DNA from: Lama guanicoe | Taxonomy: Eukaryota | DNA: 64,000 nt | Direction: 5' to 3' | NCBI GenBank assembly: GCA_013239625.1 | Contig: MU054049.1 | Coordinates: 11,015-75,014, forward strand | Shown: positions 61,217 to 64,000 of the stretch, one piece after another | How the letters are laid out: the number at the start of each line of letters is the position of its first letter | Numbering within the stretch: position 1 is the stretch's first letter | The notes under the pieces: generated by a model | Database searches by the model: none | The model's input: only the letters and a program-made list of their open reading frames with translations | Told to the model about the DNA's origin: nothing | Translations under genes and position numbers: made by a program

Positions 61217-62689
61217 CAGCAGGTCTCTTCTGCAGGCTGCTTCTCTTCAGAGAAAGTGTTTCACACACCCTGACTGTTCCGTGAAATTTTGTTTTTGTTT
61301 TTCATAGTAGAAGTCAGCTGGGAGGTCTACAGATCATATAGTAAGATATGCCTCCCATAGAATAAACCTATTGTTTTAAAAGCAAATGATTCTCCAATGT
61401 GTTTTGATTTGAGCCATGTCCTAGAAGAGGAGAATTTTTGGAAAGCAAGTTTGAGTTGGGGTGGGGACGCAGTGCATCCAGGAAGGAGGGCTGGGGTTCT
61501 TTCAATTTAACTTTTTCTTTCCCTGGCCATCTTGTATTTTCCTGGCCCAGGAGACAGGAAGCCCGTGGCCTCTGTTACCCTTACTATTCTAAGCTGCTTG
61601 GATTAGGGGGCTATTTTCACTGCCAGCTGCCCCATCTGCAAGGCAGCAAGGAGGTCCTTAGGCCAGATGGCAGCTAATCCTATAGGAACCAAGAGGTGCG
61701 GGATGGGTGCCCTCCAGCGGGGACCTTGGATGTTGGTTTCCTTGCCTGCAGCTGTGATTTGGGCTGCATCCTTTTTCCTTCTGCGCTGTATCCTCTCTTC
61801 ACATCCAAGCTAATGTGGATGGCCATGGCCCTCACTGACACACAAACGTGGCCTTCTGCTTTGTGTTGGGCTGCGTGGGCAGATGTAAGGACACAGGAAG
61901 CAGGAGGGGGAGTGAGATGGGAGAAGAGCTGGGGTCCTCCCGTCTGGGGCTCCAGCATGGGGCCAGGAAGTTGGGTCCAGTCTCCAGCAAGGATCCTGCT
62001 AGTGAACAGTCTAGCCTGTCTGTGGCTGGGGATACCTTGGCAGGGAGGGTGGACAGCCTGGTCCAGCCCCTCTCGTGGCAGGTCAGTGGGTGCCTTGAGG
62101 GGTCCTCCAGCAGGGAGAGATCTGAGAAAGTTGCAGAGCAGAGCAGTGGCCCTGGCTATAGGCTGGGACACAGAAACAGGGAGGAGGCTGTGGTGGGGAT
62201 TTAGACACTAAGCCAGGACCCCAAGACAAGGGAGAAGGATGGACAGTGCAGTTTGTTGTAAGAAAATAATCTGTGCCTGATTGAAACAGGAAAGGATGTC
62301 TGGAGAGGAGCCTGGATGCACCCAGTGTGGGATGGGCAAGCTGGGGGCCCAGGCTGGACAGTGGACAGAAGCAAGGAGCTACTCAGCAGGACCTCAGCTG
62401 AGGTCAGGCAGGGAACTGCCTCTAAAGGGCACTGCTGCTGCCCCTGCTAAGTCGGGGCACGGCTGTGCTGCCCTGCACACTGGACATCTGGCCTCTGCTA
62501 CTGCCCACCTTCCCTGAGTCACTTTGTCCAGAAAAAAAAAACAACAACATCCTGCACAGGAGGCTCTGATTGGCCCAGGCAGGCCCTCGTGTCCATACCC
62601 CACTGCCAGGGATCTGGAAAAGTGAGCTTCCAGGGGGTCCAGTTTTGTGGAGGGGGAATGGTTCTAGCTGACACTGGCCGCCTGCTAGA

Positions 62690-62830
62690 TGAACTCACTT
62701 AATCCACACAGCCTCAAAGGTGATATTATCTCTCCCATTGCACAGATGAGGAAACTGAGGCATAGAGATGAGAAGTTGCCCAGAAGTTGCCCAGAGTCAC
62801 GTGGCTGGGAAGTGGCAGGGCTGGCCTTCT
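62690..62830 (-). mobile_element. MIR SINE
   Basis: CCCATTGCACAGATGAGGAAACTGAGGC core. Confidence 0.8.
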
Positions 62831-63518
62831 TACTCCGGCAGACTCAAGCCGGAACCTAATCACCTCTCTCTCTGATTCTGAGTGAGTCTGTTTCCCACAG
62901 GTTCATATGGGGAGCAATTCTCTGATCATCCAAAGGCGGGTGGGGCAAATGCTGATGGCCTTGAAGGAGGACAGATGTCCACTGGGCTAGATGTGTGACC
63001 GCAGTGAATTACTGATCCTGTCTGAGGCTCTGAGGCGGAGTTGACTGCGGTGGAGATGATAATTGCGGATGTCCCTCTGGTGTGATGCTCAGAAGCGAGA
63101 ACTATATACATCACCCACCCCAAGAACCGCTCCGCCCCTTCCCCTCTTTAAGAACCGCTGGGATCTTTGCCATCTGCTGACCCCACCGTTCCTCTGGGGC
63201 ACCTTACACAAGATAAGCTGTAATAGATGCCAGGGGTGCAAATCAAGGAAATCCAAATGATGTGAAAGGAAAACCATGAAAAAAAAAATTAACAACCGCC
63301 AATGATCACAAAGTTTTGGATAGTGATTCAGTTATATAATTTATTTTATCTCATTTATTGTATTCTTGGAATAATGACTGCTGCATTTGAAAATACTGAT
63401 ATATGCTAATCATAAGGATTTAAGAAAAAGAGAAAGCATAAAGAAGAAAGTTAAAATGCCACCCCAAATGTTACCACCTAGAAGAAACCATTGTTTGATT
63501 TAGGTTATCATCAGCTAG

Positions 63519-63595
63519 TTGTGTGTGTGAGTGTGTGTGTGTGTGAAAGAGAAAGAGGGAGAAAGAGAGAGAGAGAGAAGAGAGGGAGGAGAGAG
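63519..63595. repeat. Compound (TG)n/(GA)n microsatellite
   Basis: Directly visible. Confidence 0.85.
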
Positions 63596-64000
63596 ATTCC
63601 TGGAGTGTAAGCATGGAGGGTGGTCCCACATCTGCCTGGATATTAAAAGGTCTAATGAAGAAAAAGGTGATATCACAGTAAATGTGAAACTATTAAAATT
63701 CAATCATGCCCTGACTCTTGCTCGAATTTAGCAGGAGGAAAAGGTGCTGTAGTGAAATCTTGACTTCCATCAGGGCTCTCCTGCTTTCATAGGGTTGGTG
63801 TGAGGGCTTCTAGTGGAGAAACCCCTAGAGATTGGTGGTGGCCTGGATTCCCCAGATCTATGGGGTCTGGGGAGGGGCTGATGAAGTCAGGGCCGTGCCT
63901 GGTGCGGCGGGGCAGCGCCTGTGGCAGCTGCAGCCTGGACTCACCAGAGCGCAGGGCCAGACAGTACTCCATCCTCACCCAGGCAGTCCTGGGGCCTGGG

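Noticed and set aside
57000..64000. RBP3 coding sequence expected by synteny
   Set aside because: No RBP3-like peptide seen; probably beyond the right edge of the window
1..64000. CRISPR arrays, rRNA, prokaryotic systems
   Set aside because: Mammalian DNA; no repeat-spacer arrays or rRNA-like sequence seen

Overview
Mammalian genomic DNA, probably camelid (inferred from two tRNA-Ala-headed Vic-1-type SINEs). There is one clearly intact protein-coding gene, ZNF488 (+ strand, single coding exon 55552-56532, CpG-island promoter near 48.1-48.7 kb). To its left on the minus strand lie two tandem anthrax toxin receptor-like (ANTXRL-family) copies, reconstructed here exon by exon from splice sites and ANTXR-type exon lengths (exon numbers follow ANTXR1 as recalled). 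Copy A (about 29.9-46.8 kb) is clearly dead but carries an unusual Thr/Val-rich stalk exon. Copy B (6.4-26.8 kb) keeps seven consecutive open vWA-domain exons, while every exon from the end of the vWA domain through the Ig-like region has a lesion. The two copies show a mosaic of near-identical and highly diverged blocks, suggesting gene conversion. A frameshifted segment resembling the PRDM8 PR/SET domain sits in the ZNF488 intron. The rest is L1, SINE, LTR, MIR and L2 repeats plus microsatellites. Most ORFs in the supplied track are spurious. Homology calls come from recalled protein families, not database searches.
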